Of a DNA stretch of 64,000 bases, positions 38,401 to 47,379 are shown piece after piece. The notes under the pieces were generated by a model. It was not told the origin of the DNA, did not search any database, and saw only the letters and a program-made list of their open reading frames with translations. Position 1 is the first letter of the stretch, and each line of letters opens with the position of its first letter. The stretch covers positions 32,001 through 96,000 of the IMG/VR virus record IMGVR_UViG_3300012348_000111. One strand, written 5' to 3'. Source of the stretch: a virus. The translations under genes were made by a program, and so were the position numbers.

Positions 38401-40416
38401 CAAATAAGGATCAGCACTTAAATCATTATAAGGATAGTTAGAATAATAGTATTTTTTTATAATATCACCATCTTCGTTTTCTTCTTCGTATCTAGCTACA
38501 TCATAAACTAATCCTTTTGCAATAACAGACTTATTGTTTACACGATTACCTCTTACTAATTCAAAACCACATATAAGATCCCTAATAGGTATGTTTTTAT
38601 CTTGAATAGGATCGTATACAGTAAATGGTCCATTATCATCAGATCCACCATTTAATAAATTTTCAAAAATAAATCTATCTAATCTTACACCAATAGGATG
38701 CATAATAGACTCACCTTCAAATCCTCTTTCTTCATTTATACCGTCGTGTATGTGATTAACTAAAGAGTCAGGAAACTTATGATGTCTTATAGGTTGATCT
38801 GCAAGTTCTCCCCATATTCTAGCATCACATGGATATTTTTCAGTAGATTCCCAATATGCAAATTCACCATATTTATGGCTAGTTACTTTACAGTTGAACT
38901 GCTTTTCTACATATTCTGATAAATCAGGATCGTTTAAAGCATCTCCTATTTGACTACCTGTATTATATACTTTCCATTTAGGCAAAGTTGATGGTACTTG
39001 AATACAATCATTATCTGATAAGAAAAGATCTTTGTTTGTATCTAAAATAGGTGTTAAGTCATCTGATTTAATAGATCTACCAGGAATATGAAATACGTCT
39101 GTATATTTTCCGTTCTTTAATCTGAATTTAATTCCAAATGGATAAACTTCATCACGTTGATATGTGCGGAAGAAATATGCTACTTCTGGATTACTATAAT
39201 CAAATTCACCATCTGCTGGCATATTGACTGTTTCCCAAAGTAACTTTATTTTATTTGCAAAAGGCTGAAAGTTATATTTAGGTGTTTCTTCTAAATCAGC
39301 AAGCATAAGTATATCGTTCTGTTTTTCGATAATACCTGCTGTATCATAATGAGGTGTACGTAGAAGAGGAACTATACCAGAAAATGTAGATTTATAATCT
39401 CCAGTATATACTATTTCATTTACTCCGTTTGTACTTACTCTATATGTACCTACTAAGTGATAAGTAGTTGTTTCGTTTATGTTTTCAGCTACAACTAAAT
39501 TAAAGTGATAGAATTGAGGAGTATCGTGTTCAATTCTTACTTTAATTGATTGTGATGTTACATATTCGGTTTGTTCTGTAATCTTTCTTTCAAAGATTGG
39601 AATAGGGTTAGATAAATCATGGTAGTCTGTAATTTCACCACCATCATCATCTGTATAACCTATTGCAAAAGAATATACTCCTGCTTTAAGTGTTCCTCCA
39701 CTTTCTACAGCAACAGGATGTATTTTAGGGTGACAGTAGCTAGGAAAAATATCTAGATTTGCACAAGCTTTATCTAAACATGGAATAGCATTACCGCAAT
39801 TATCAGTTCCTAAAGGTCTTTCAAGAATAAATTTTCTAGGGGGATTATTTTTAGATATAAAGAAAATCTTTGTTTCACATTCATCTATACGATATACAGC
39901 TTCTACTGGATACTCTATTGACAAGTTAAGACAACAATTTTCTTTGTTAAATCCTATTACAGCACAATCAGAAGTATCACAGTTATCTGTAATAAGTGGT
40001 GCATAAGTACAGCAAGAATTTAAACTATTTGAAGCTGGATAAGTAGTAACTACTTGACTTTCAATTAGTTTACCATCTGGACAATTACAATCTTTTTCTA
40101 TAGAAACAACTGATTGACAATCATCATTAAGATTTGTAAGTACTCCTATTTCAGATCTACCATCTTCATGAGCTAACCAAACTATAAGTTTACTTTGTTC
40201 TATGATCGGAAGTCTACCTACAATTTTAAATCCTGGTTTATTTGTTTCAAAATCATAGCAGTATTGATTAGATGGTTCATTAGTATATGTAAATGAATCA
40301 CCATCTATTCCTTGAACATTAGCGTTAAGAGCATATGTAACTAAACCGTCTTTAATCTGCCAATTGACAGAATCAAGGTTTAGTCCAGCTACATTCTGAT
40401 TTACTTTATTCTCCAT
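35446..40416 (-). CDS. Tail stabilisation / muzzle protein (P22 gp10-like)
   Basis: 1656 aa; GLNLD...YALNA N-terminus; RDEVYPFGI, FGGDTYI, GSQH, FWVDAKRG, SFYSFTP; follows the ring and IHF genes as in Crassvirales. Confidence 0.8.
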   Translation of the reverse strand: MENKVNQNVAGLNLDSVNWQIKDGLVTYALNANVQGIDGDSFTYTNEPSNQYCYDFETNKPGFKIVGRLPIIEQSKLIVWLAHEDGRSEIGVLTNLNDDCQSVVSIEKDCNCPDGKLIESQVVTTYPASNSLNSCCTYAPLITDNCDTSDCAVIGFNKENCCLNLSIEYPVEAVYRIDECETKIFFISKNNPPRKFILERPLGTDNCGNAIPCLDKACANLDIFPSYCHPKIHPVAVESGGTLKAGVYSFAIGYTDDDGGEITDYHDLSNPIPIFERKITEQTEYVTSQSIKVRIEHDTPQFYHFNLVVAENINETTTYHLVGTYRVSTNGVNEIVYTGDYKSTFSGIVPLLRTPHYDTAGIIEKQNDILMLADLEETPKYNFQPFANKIKLLWETVNMPADGEFDYSNPEVAYFFRTYQRDEVYPFGIKFRLKNGKYTDVFHIPGRSIKSDDLTPILDTNKDLFLSDNDCIQVPSTLPKWKVYNTGSQIGDALNDPDLSEYVEKQFNCKVTSHKYGEFAYWESTEKYPCDARIWGELADQPIRHHKFPDSLVNHIHDGINEERGFEGESIMHPIGVRLDRFIFENLLNGGSDDNGPFTVYDPIQDKNIPIRDLICGFELVRGNRVNNKSVIAKGLVYDVARYEEENEDGDIIKKYYYSNYPYNDLSADPYLANKAEWYEEGDRGESLSTSFQQNPFNYQGTPRLQNRFTFYSPDTTFQYPKIGTELKLETIEYGQVLGHFVPVEEHPEYKFLNLVSDSLIFVLGAGAAYILTGSVKASATEPLGSELTTNIANQVAQTQLLYDIIEKLVPYINFAWQYNSVAAYNNYSPIGNTGNKRRFLDIGKYLDSKISSVEDDIPVHNRLRESSVYLKTNDTFIHHTGPIVDDNYDTSRYTISEIQDPTIKKNPILVDSSKRTRAYYTSVKRTFENQYGQIENIRYVSTGYIVDLEDNFVADKAVLKPKYYPAFGGDTYINKFALKRKHSFFTRNLANLPAKTKDMPFDYWLFPNLAYPTYFIGTSSDEIDWVSLGILVGAAATAIGVATASVISANNILPTPIPAGATNAAQVLQIGAIQLALASLYDIKKPKINLDSANSSVSLYKKGQFYTASYGIPIFFVESDVNVDFRHGRNDREENFYPNVSDEIPDEWLKEVNVPIKFDNFYHYNATYSAQNISPNLPYTVDNPNRTCVVVHPNRVIYSEKANTTKYFSDGWQTFKRGNFFDFPKEGGRLINLTGGENELVYARFENTTKVYGARVQIESTSPVQLEIGDASMFKQKPIDISKSDIGYVGSQHKAQIRTEFGTFWVDAKRGHIYQISKQGFSEIKSDTNFNWFKQNLPFRILKDFPNADIDNPAKGIGISMGWDERFERVFITKLDYKLTGKTSVTYNDETKKFVITGTQTEALFSNEDIWENHSWTIGYSPKLKNFISFYSFTPNYYVSLLGNFQTIINTPLGSSTWNHNLNNLTYQTYYNKLYPYILEYNVNSFPKTATTNSISLIQDIQEYYSDYEYYSIATANNKNLANFTKAIIYNREQSSGIINLIPEEFGNTRQKIMYPRTTLNGIETIISRRENIYTFNGFWSIVNQSNGQPLWSTKWDDKKLQHPIDKVPNTKTVIPSSVSYQKQKIKSDLCKVRLIQDKYSRYRFINHLQITQTN

Positions 40417-40417
40417 T

Positions 40418-41251
40418 TTACTTTATGTGATATCTGAAGAATGGTTTCTTTTGTCTTACTACGTTATCTGCCATCTGTTGTCTAGATGGTGTCATTAGAT
40501 ATGCTAAAGCTGCTTGTAGCTTAGAGTATTGATCGTTCTTATAGTATTGTAGTTTTGATACAATTTGATTTACTGATTCATCCATTATAGAATGCCACAA
40601 TACTTCAAAAAATTTAAACTTTAGGTACGCTTTTACGTACTCTTCTACTTCAAGTATTTCTGGAATGAGAGGTATCCCATCATCATCAACAGGCCTAGCA
40701 AAATATCTAATATAAACACAGCCAGTTTCAAAAGTAGAAGAAACCTTTGAGTTCTCGAAGATTTGTAGTACGTCAGACGAAGATACCGATAGATTTTCAC
40801 AACCCTCTGTGCAATATTGTTTGGAAGCATGATAAACTCTAATCCACTGTGGTTGTTTCATTATTAGTTTAAATCCTACACCTGGAACGGTAATAGTTTC
40901 ATATATTTCTTCTTTATTGTCACAATCATTACAGTTTGTACATGTTAATGATTTGTACCAATATCCTTGCATTGAATTAACTCCAGCAGACCATTCTACT
41001 TGATTGTCATACATCATTGCTCTATCTAATAAAACAAAATCACAAGGTAATTCTGATTTATAGTTTACAAAGTGTAAAACGGCTTCTTCTGGTTTGAGTG
41101 CAAGTGCTCTAAGTTTTCTTAAGGCTTGATCAATAAAAGTAGGAATAAGTACTTCAGATATTGCACCCGATTCAAAATAAGTTTTGAGTTCCTGTTTAAC
41201 CTCAGCTATTAGTGAGTTAGCAGAAATGTAATTTATATTCTCGTAGTGCAT
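40418..41251 (-). CDS. Tail ring / tubular protein (P22 gp4-like)
   Basis: ELPCDF...G.VYIRY...PVDDDGIPLIP motif; synteny. Confidence 0.75.
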   Translation of the reverse strand: MHYENINYISANSLIAEVKQELKTYFESGAISEVLIPTFIDQALRKLRALALKPEEAVLHFVNYKSELPCDFVLLDRAMMYDNQVEWSAGVNSMQGYWYKSLTCTNCNDCDNKEEIYETITVPGVGFKLIMKQPQWIRVYHASKQYCTEGCENLSVSSSDVLQIFENSKVSSTFETGCVYIRYFARPVDDDGIPLIPEILEVEEYVKAYLKFKFFEVLWHSIMDESVNQIVSKLQYYKNDQYSKLQAALAYLMTPSRQQMADNVVRQKKPFFRYHIK

Positions 41252-41259
41252 ACTGTTTG

Positions 41260-41715
41260 TTATTTTACTTTGTTGTTAAAAATCAATTTTCCTAAATTTC
41301 TTTTGTTTGTTCTATTCAACATAAAGTTGAAACATGAAAGTATAGGATTCCTTTTATAATTAAGATAAAGATGTACTTTAAACATGTATCCATTAGTATG
41401 AGAGTTTCTATTTAGAACTCTTTCTCCTGTTTTTCTAAAGTGATTCCAATCAACTCTAGAAGCATTTTTACTAAATGGTTTTATCTTAATTAATTTTAGA
41501 ACTCCTAACTCAGGTATTTTAATGTAATAGCTTTGAGAGTACAGTTTGTTTATCATCTTTTCGTGTACTAAAACAGGTATCGATGAAAACATTTCGTAGC
41601 TAATATCTTTTCTACCAGTGTCTTTTAAGAATCTTCTGTATGCAGACATGTTTAACATGTTCACATCTGATTCTAAGTTTTTTCTTTGTTTAGGGTTGGT
41701 TTGGTTTTCTGACAT
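41260..41715 (-). CDS. IHF/HU-like DNA-binding protein
   Basis: IPELGVLKL...VDW...NSHTNGY; sits between ring genes as in crAss-like phages. Confidence 0.65.
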   Translation of the reverse strand: MSENQTNPKQRKNLESDVNMLNMSAYRRFLKDTGRKDISYEMFSSIPVLVHEKMINKLYSQSYYIKIPELGVLKLIKIKPFSKNASRVDWNHFRKTGERVLNRNSHTNGYMFKVHLYLNYKRNPILSCFNFMLNRTNKRNLGKLIFNNKVK

Positions 41716-41717
41716 TA

Positions 41718-42359
41718 TTATAATTGTTCGTCTCTATTATTATCTTGTTCTTCTGGGGCAAGTTTATGATAATTAATTAAAGACTGATTGCAAAGTTCTA
41801 CAAGAGGATCAATTAAGTAAGCGGGTATTTTAAATTCTTTATCATACATACTTACGCAATTAACACCATCAATATCTTCTATTGATTCTGTAAAGTATGC
41901 GTATATATTAATCCTTTCAACATCTGGATCCAAAACGTATAAATAACTATCTTTGATAGTGTAGAATTTTTTGGGCGATTTGATCCTAAGCTGGCTATGA
42001 TTAATATAATCTCTTATTGAAGTTGGGTGAATTTCTACAGAATTAGATGGATTAAACACACCTTGAATAAAGTAAGAATATAAACCTTCTTCTATTTTTG
42101 GTAACTTTTTTCTAGTTCTTCTTACTGGACAATTCAAATCACACTCCGTACCATTAACTAAAACAAGATCAACACATTCGTAATTTTGATATAAGTTGTC
42201 TGATGTAAGAAGTTTTCTTTGATTCCCCTCCCTTTTAATAAGAACAGATGCTTTCTGCTTTAAAAGACTATATAAATAACGATCACTGATTAAATCATCA
42301 TCAGCAAGAAACTTGTTTGCATTTTTCAGCCTAGAAATTAAATCAGCGTTAGATACCAT
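41718..42359 (-). CDS. Tail ring protein
   Basis: 213 aa; EFKIPAYLID...DNNRD C-terminus; synteny. Confidence 0.65.
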   Translation of the reverse strand: MVSNADLISRLKNANKFLADDDLISDRYLYSLLKQKASVLIKREGNQRKLLTSDNLYQNYECVDLVLVNGTECDLNCPVRRTRKKLPKIEEGLYSYFIQGVFNPSNSVEIHPTSIRDYINHSQLRIKSPKKFYTIKDSYLYVLDPDVERINIYAYFTESIEDIDGVNCVSMYDKEFKIPAYLIDPLVELCNQSLINYHKLAPEEQDNNRDEQL

Positions 42360-42387
42360 TATTTTTTAAATAAAGTTTGGGGTGATA

Positions 42388-42418
42388 CAAATATAATATA
42401 ATTTATAAGTTTTGTCAA
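42388..42418 (-). promoter_or_regulatory. Bacteroidota-type promoter
   Basis: TTG-N20-TATATTTG. Confidence 0.75.
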
Positions 42419-42439
42419 TAAATAGAAATTAGTTTAAAC

Positions 42440-42464
42440 TAAAAGAGCCTGAATTAACAGGCCC
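42440..42464 (-). terminator. Rho-independent terminator
   Basis: Minus strand GGGCCTG-TTAATT-CAGGCTC-TTTT. Confidence 0.75.
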
Positions 42465-42472
42465 ATTCTAGC

Positions 42473-42501
42473 GACAGGAAAACCAACCAAAAATACCCGT
42501 C
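42473..42501 (-). ncRNA. Putative regulatory hairpin with UUGGUUGGUUUU loop (3'-UTR element or sRNA)
   Basis: Minus strand GACGGG-UAUUUUUGGUUGGUUUU-CCUGUC; the G-U pair forms only on the minus strand; directly precedes the terminator. Confidence 0.5.
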
Positions 42502-42509
42502 AATATTTT

Positions 42510-44492
42510 TTATTCAACTGCCCAGGTAATTCCACCTAAAGTTACGATTAAATAATCTCCAGTGTTCATACCTATAGTTGAACCAGTATAGTTAAATAAA
42601 GATAAGAATGGTGAGCCAGAAGAAGTTTCTATTCTTAAAATAAGCATATATACTCCTTGTAATGTTCCACCACTACTATAGTGTTGTACTGGAAGAATAC
42701 ACTCAGTATCACCTCCAAAAGAAAGACCTATTGAACTTGCTTGGAAACAATCAATACCTGTGTTGTTTGGCATAGATTGAGCTGATCCAGGATTAGTTAC
42801 TTTAAATCCAGCAGTACCTCCTTTAAAAGTTGCAAGTCCACTTGATTCAAAATGTTTAATTGTAGGATAAACAGTACAGTTTCTTCCCAAATCTACGCTA
42901 AATGGTCCACCACTTATTGGGAATGTAGGACTAGCAATCGGAACAAGAGTGTAATCTTGAAGGATTGGTAAAGAAACAACTCCTTCTAAATAACCAGAAG
43001 ATCCATTATATTGATATGCTGAACTCCATTGTGTTTGTTGAGTTGATCCCGCTACTTTTCTATATACACCTGTTCTAATAAGTTTAGGTTGCCAGCTAGA
43101 AGATCCTATACCAGTAAGAATATGATGAGTTAAGTTTGTTACCGAACCATAAGACACATCACCCATATTAGATAAAACGCAAGATTCTAAAGAAGAACAA
43201 CTAAATGTTGATCCTCCAACAAGACTAATAGTGGGTCCACAAGATGTATTTGTTACAACAAAGTCAGAACTAAATTTAAGATTAAGTGCTGAAAGTGCAG
43301 TAGCAATTTGATTTAAGTGTGTTTGAAGAGTTGTTGTGTTTGTAAAACTACCTAATGCTTGAACATTAAATACAGAATTAGGTGTATATGGTGCAGTAAA
43401 ACAACCCCAGTTAACTGTATAGTTAGAAGAAGGTGTTGCTCCTACTGCTGCAATTGTAGAACAAAGTTGAGATACAAGTAAGTTTACAGCATCTTTTAAA
43501 GAAGATGTAGTTGATCCACCAGTTAAGCAAGAAGTATTTACAGATGTTGGAAGTGGTGCTGAAGGAGATCCTGTGATATACTGATTTATGTTAGAAACAA
43601 CAAGATTAGTAGAAGATAAAGAATTACTTAAAACTGAGTGTATACCACACATGTTATTAGTAACCCAGTTGATGTATTCATATACATTGCTAGATGTGGG
43701 TTTAGATGTAAATGCGTATCCTATGCAAGGGTTAGCATTTACACTTGTCATTGTTAGATTTGTATCGTGAGTACAAATTTTAGATCCGTAAGAATCTAAA
43801 ATATTGACAAGAGTAGATGTTCCACTTGTAAGAACTCCTGTAAGGCAAGAAGGTACTACAATTGCTGGTTTTTCTAATGCTTTAACTCTAGTGTTAATTG
43901 AACATAATGCAGCAGCAGTAGCTTCTACAAATCCTTCAGCATTGGTAATAGGTGTACCTACTGATTCTAAGTTACCTCCTACTCTTAAACAACCATAGTT
44001 AAATCCTGTATAGTCTAATCCACTAGGGCTAGTAGATGCGATTAAACAAAGTCTGTTGTTAAAGTTTTGAATTACTGAATCTAAGTCAGCACCATTTGCA
44101 ATAACTGCAGCTAAAGTAGATATGGTAATTGTAATATTGTTTGTTGGTGATGTCCCACCTAATAAAGTACCTGCAATAGTTAATGTGTCGGATACTTCAT
44201 AACTAGATCCACTATTATTTAAAGTTACTTCGTATGTAGTAGATCCTGCTCTACGAATAACAGTAAATGTTGCTGATGTTCCATTACCTCCTGTTGCAGA
44301 TGCTACAACTGTAGTATCAACAGATGGTGCTACAGCAGTTCCAGTGAAACCAAATGTAGCAATAGCTCCTGATTGACAGAATAGGTTTGAACCACTATAT
44401 GTGATACATTTAGCATAGTTTGTAGAAAGACAACCTACTGATCCACAAGGTTGTGCTGTATTGGTTCCGTAGCAATCGTTACAAGTAGACAT
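42510..44492 (-). CDS. Cys/Ser/Thr-rich tail or fibre structural protein
   Basis: 660 aa; Cys-rich N-terminus (C..YSG) shared with 44507..45019; GSSY..SDTLTIAG beta repeat. Confidence 0.65.
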   Translation of the reverse strand: MSTCNDCYGTNTAQPCGSVGCLSTNYAKCITYSGSNLFCQSGAIATFGFTGTAVAPSVDTTVVASATGGNGTSATFTVIRRAGSTTYEVTLNNSGSSYEVSDTLTIAGTLLGGTSPTNNITITISTLAAVIANGADLDSVIQNFNNRLCLIASTSPSGLDYTGFNYGCLRVGGNLESVGTPITNAEGFVEATAAALCSINTRVKALEKPAIVVPSCLTGVLTSGTSTLVNILDSYGSKICTHDTNLTMTSVNANPCIGYAFTSKPTSSNVYEYINWVTNNMCGIHSVLSNSLSSTNLVVSNINQYITGSPSAPLPTSVNTSCLTGGSTTSSLKDAVNLLVSQLCSTIAAVGATPSSNYTVNWGCFTAPYTPNSVFNVQALGSFTNTTTLQTHLNQIATALSALNLKFSSDFVVTNTSCGPTISLVGGSTFSCSSLESCVLSNMGDVSYGSVTNLTHHILTGIGSSSWQPKLIRTGVYRKVAGSTQQTQWSSAYQYNGSSGYLEGVVSLPILQDYTLVPIASPTFPISGGPFSVDLGRNCTVYPTIKHFESSGLATFKGGTAGFKVTNPGSAQSMPNNTGIDCFQASSIGLSFGGDTECILPVQHYSSGGTLQGVYMLILRIETSSGSPFLSLFNYTGSTIGMNTGDYLIVTLGGITWAVE

Positions 44493-44506
44493 TTTATTTT
44501 ATTTTA

Positions 44507-45019
44507 TTATGCACAGCAAGAGCAAATTTTACCTATTAGTGCTTGAAGTAAATCTTTTAATGTAATAATTTCACCAGTATCACAATAAGATCTTAAACAA
44601 TCTAAATCAAAGTGATTACCAAGAGGTAGATCTACCCAGTGTAAATTACCAGAATTAATATTTATATTTTCAGAAGTAAGATAATTTAATCTAGAACGTA
44701 ATTCACAAATAACTCCTACTAAAGATTGAACTACTTCAGAAGAGTAGTATTTACCATCTTTAACTGTTAAAGAAGATGTGTTAATTACAGGAACTAAACC
44801 ACAAGCTACATTTTGATTATCGAAAGCTATTTTATCTAGACCTACTCTTTTATCTAAGTCAGCTAAAGTAATATCGAATAGATTAACAATATCGTTTAGA
44901 TATGGATCACAGTAGTTTTGTTTTACTATTAATCCTGCAGGTGCAATAGCACCAGTATATCTAACGCATCCAGAAGGTACGATCTCAACACAGTTATTTG
45001 TTACGCAGCAATTACTCAT
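44507..45019 (-). CDS. Cys-rich structural protein
   Basis: CVRYTG motif paralogous to the N-terminus of 42510..44492. Confidence 0.6.
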   Translation of the reverse strand: MSNCCVTNNCVEIVPSGCVRYTGAIAPAGLIVKQNYCDPYLNDIVNLFDITLADLDKRVGLDKIAFDNQNVACGLVPVINTSSLTVKDGKYYSSEVVQSLVGVICELRSRLNYLTSENININSGNLHWVDLPLGNHFDLDCLRSYCDTGEIITLKDLLQALIGKICSCCA

Positions 45020-45027
45020 TGTAATAG

Positions 45028-45231
45028 TTATTTGGTAAATTTCTTAATTTTAATTTTTAAAGTAGAATTAGTATCACAATCTAAACAGTCCATATACTTA
45101 AGGTAACGCATAAGATGTTTACCTTTTTTATAAGTCTTTTTAGTAAGATACTTTATACTTTGAAGTTCTTTATAAGCTGAGAGGGCTAGATCTTTTTTAA
45201 CAGAGTCCCTCAATTCGTCTAAGTAAGTCAT
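45028..45231 (-). CDS. Small tail-hub-associated protein
   Basis: 67 aa, overlaps the upstream gene. Confidence 0.5.
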   Translation of the reverse strand: MTYLDELRDSVKKDLALSAYKELQSIKYLTKKTYKKGKHLMRYLKYMDCLDCDTNSTLKIKIKKFTK

Positions 45232-45703
45232 CAGCTTTTATGTAAAGTTCAGTTGCTTTGTTTGGATTACATAGATCAGCGTGAGCTTCTGCACCTTTTA
45301 GTAGAAATTCAATTCTATCTAAATCTTGCAAAGTTTTCTCATCATCGCAACAATCTACATATTGTGCCCATTGTTCTGCTAGGCGACAGTTAATTTTACA
45401 CGTTCTAAGGTGATATCTTTTACATTCACCTGTGTCAGGACATGTTGTAAGGTTTAAAGTGTATACACCGTCTGGAAGTGGTGCAAAATCACTTGTTGAT
45501 GAAGTAGTAAACCCAAAACTATAAGAGTTAAAGATATTTACTTCACCTAGTATAAATTCAAATTCGAATGGTGTTGAATAACCAGGAACAGCTATTGTAA
45601 GATTAGCAGAATCTATTGGTGATGGATAAAATGATGTATCCAATACAGATAGATATGCACAATCTTTTGCTGTTAATACTTCTAAGTTACGTTGAACATT
45701 CAT
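45197..45703 (-). CDS. Tail hub-like protein
   Basis: D.S.YP...LPDGVYTL...A..LY.KA pattern; synteny. Confidence 0.6.
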   Translation of the reverse strand: MNVQRNLEVLTAKDCAYLSVLDTSFYPSPIDSANLTIAVPGYSTPFEFEFILGEVNIFNSYSFGFTTSSTSDFAPLPDGVYTLNLTTCPDTGECKRYHLRTCKINCRLAEQWAQYVDCCDDEKTLQDLDRIEFLLKGAEAHADLCNPNKATELYIKADDLLRRIEGLC

Positions 45704-45719
45704 TTCGTTTGAATTAATA

Positions 45720-45749
45720 CAAAAATATAGTTTTTAAAAAATTTGTAAA
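45720..45749 (-). promoter_or_regulatory. Bacteroidota-type promoter (variant -33)
   Basis: TTTA...TATTTTTG. Confidence 0.55.
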
Positions 45750-45764
45750 GGGATCTTTTTAATT

Positions 45765-45796
45765 GAAAAAAAATATTGGGGAGATTTCTCTCCCCA
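45765..45796 (-). terminator. Rho-independent terminator
   Basis: TGGGGAGA-N4-TCTCCCCA stem followed by a T-run on the minus strand. Confidence 0.75.
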
Positions 45797-45803
45797 TATA
45801 AAA

Positions 45804-46265
45804 TTAAAGAATTGCAAAAGCAATTTTTACAGCAGAATCAAGTACTCCTGAACCACCATTACCAACAACAACTTTAAATGAACCAGCAGTAATATCATCA
45901 ATATATACTAAAGGTAAATCATTTGTAGCAATAGTAGGATCATAATCTACAATGTTAGCTAGTACAATAGAGTCAGCTTTCACATAAGAGTTAGTTACAA
46001 TAAAAGGCAATTCAGCTGCATTAGCAGCTGTAGTTAAAGCTACAGTAGTAATAACACCTGAAGGTGAATTAATAGTTACTCCTGTAGTAATACTTGTAGC
46101 TTGAGTTACAGTTGACTTTGATAAAGTCACGTGTTTAGCACAACATGTTGGACTTTTTAACAACTCAACTACGTAGTCTTCCAAAGATTGTCCTGGAATA
46201 TTACTTGAAGTTGAAGTTTTTACTGTTTTGTAAAAAGTTCCTGGTTTTAATATGATATCTTTCAT
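45804..46265 (-). CDS. Capsid-associated/decoration protein
   Basis: VTQATSITTGVTIN..SGVITT...F.VTNS.V beta-rich motif; downstream of the auxiliary capsid gene. Confidence 0.55.
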   Translation of the reverse strand: MKDIILKPGTFYKTVKTSTSSNIPGQSLEDYVVELLKSPTCCAKHVTLSKSTVTQATSITTGVTINSPSGVITTVALTTAANAAELPFIVTNSYVKADSIVLANIVDYDPTIATNDLPLVYIDDITAGSFKVVVGNGGSGVLDSAVKIAFAIL

Positions 46266-46269
46266 TTAT

Positions 46270-46309
46270 TTTTTTTTAAATTATTAGGGGGAGGGTTTAG
46301 CTCCCCCTA
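46270..46309 (-). terminator. Strong stem-loop after the auxiliary capsid gene (terminator or mRNA stabiliser)
   Basis: TAGGGGGAG-N7-CTCCCCCTA. Confidence 0.6.
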
Positions 46310-46327
46310 GGATTAAACTTAGATTAA

Positions 46328-47365
46328 TTAGTCAACAAAAGTCTTACCAGTCAAAGCATTTACAAATGCACGAACAGCAGCTTCGTTAGCACCACCTTCT
46401 TCAGATAAGATGATAACTGAATGAACGTTACGAGTCTTCTTTTCGAATCCTACAGGAGAATCTTCTAAGTAAGTGATTTCGTACATTTCAAATCCGTTAG
46501 CAGCAGTGAATGAAGGTACATACAAGAACTCATCAGAGTCATTGTTGTAGATAGGGTTCCAGTAACGACGAGCTTCATGGGTTGCAGGTAAGTTATTTCC
46601 GAAGAAATGACGTTCCATTTCAGCCATAGCAGCTTTAGCACCAATAGGATATTTGATTTCTTGAGTGTTGGTAATAGTCCAAGCAGAACAGAAATCTTCA
46701 ATATCAAAATCTTGAGTGTTGTAAGGACCAGCGTGAACGATTGCCTTAAAACGAACCAAGTTGAATACGTAAGGAACTGCATCAGGAACACAAGCATTAC
46801 CGAATTCATCCAAAACTTTACCTTCAATAAGAATTTCTTCTTGTTCTCCATTGTAACTAGCTGTTACATATTTACTCAACAAAGGATTCTCATTGATTTT
46901 GTCTACCAACTCTTCTAAGTAAGTAGCAACTGGCAAAGAATCGCATCCACCAGAACAAGTATCGCAACATGCAGTTTTAACACGTACTGATTCTTGGATC
47001 ATTGGTTGAAAAATACCTTTAGACCAGTATTCGTCAATTTTCAAAGTCAATACGTACTCTTCATCGCAAGAGAAAGTACCAGTTGGCTTAACACTTGTTT
47101 CTTGTTGTGTAATAGACAAATCAGCATTAGTCTTAGTTACAGACAAAATGTTGCTTTGTTTAATAGTGCTTGATTTGAAAGTACCGAATTTAGAACTTCC
47201 AGAACCAAATACTAATTTAAATTCAGCAGGAGCTGAAGGAGTACCACCCAAGTTGGTAGCCAAGTCAGGGGTAAAAGCAGCTAATTCTTTTTCAAGAACT
47301 GCAGTAGTAGCACCAGTAGTACGCAACGCACTTACTGGAAAAATTTGTGTGATTTTGTGATTCAT
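46328..47365 (-). CDS. Auxiliary capsid protein (crAss gp36-like)
   Basis: 345 aa; codon usage like the MCP; position after the ring gene in the MCP block. Confidence 0.6.
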   Translation of the reverse strand: MNHKITQIFPVSALRTTGATTAVLEKELAAFTPDLATNLGGTPSAPAEFKLVFGSGSSKFGTFKSSTIKQSNILSVTKTNADLSITQQETSVKPTGTFSCDEEYVLTLKIDEYWSKGIFQPMIQESVRVKTACCDTCSGGCDSLPVATYLEELVDKINENPLLSKYVTASYNGEQEEILIEGKVLDEFGNACVPDAVPYVFNLVRFKAIVHAGPYNTQDFDIEDFCSAWTITNTQEIKYPIGAKAAMAEMERHFFGNNLPATHEARRYWNPIYNNDSDEFLYVPSFTAANGFEMYEITYLEDSPVGFEKKTRNVHSVIILSEEGGANEAAVRAFVNALTGKTFVD

Positions 47366-47379
47366 AGTAGTATGATATT

